From Oligoflexales bacterium (lineage in GTDB: Bacteria > Bdellovibrionota_B > Oligoflexia > Oligoflexales > RGVZ01), in contig JBIIGV010000233.1 in assembly GCA_044236265.1 (NCBI GenBank), forward strand, positions 15,187-79,186: a stretch of 64,000 nucleotides of DNA, written 5' to 3'; not shown here. Position 1 is the stretch's first letter. Below are more notes on the stretch, generated by a model. It had not been told where the DNA came from, did no database searches, and saw nothing but the letters and a program-made list of their open reading frames with translations.

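Noticed and set aside
18594..63981. About 100 short ORFs (minus strand and + frame 3) listed by the track across the last 45 kb
   Set aside because: They are shadows of the giant frame +2 ORF; their recurring similarity simply mirrors its repeats.
19826..64000. Recurring short DNA words (e.g. ACCTTCAACTACAC, CTTGAAACAGG, GACCTTGATTA) as a CRISPR-like or non-coding array
   Set aside because: They encode conserved peptides (TFNYT, LETG, DLDY), vary at third codon positions and are hundreds to thousands of nt apart; there are no cas genes.
18533..64000. RTX/T1SS adhesin or autotransporter assignment for the giant protein
   Set aside because: No GGxGxD repeats were seen, and the N-terminal lipobox and many Cys argue against T1SS; the C-terminus is outside the window, so an autotransporter domain cannot be assessed.

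Overview
This window is bacterial DNA of roughly 50% GC. Its gene content suggests a predatory Bdellovibrionota/Oligoflexia-type organism, which is an inference. The first 18.4 kb holds a 3'-truncated lipoprotein trypsin-like protease with Cys-rich repeats, a ceramidase-family membrane hydrolase and a cluster of secreted Cys-rich orphan proteins. It also holds a DNA-processing pair (degenerate DEDD exonuclease-GIY-YIG fusion plus PD-(D/E)XK-XPD/DinG helicase), an acyl-CoA dehydrogenase, a two-lipoprotein plus FadL-like barrel operon, and a LysM-like/Pro-rich/beta-barrel protein. The remaining 45.5 kb (18533 to the window end) appears to be one uninterrupted ORF in frame +2, missing from the supplied track because it has no stop in the window. 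It encodes a >15,150-aa lipoprotein of about 137 Ig-like domains in a 7-domain (~752 aa, ~2256 nt) super-repeat. From unit 6-7 onward the units alternate in two variants, giving a 14-domain (~4.5 kb) higher-order repeat. Sigma28-like promoters precede the giant gene and the lipoprotein operon. No rRNA, tRNA, CRISPR array or mobile element was recognised. All calls come from manual reading and translation; no searches were run.
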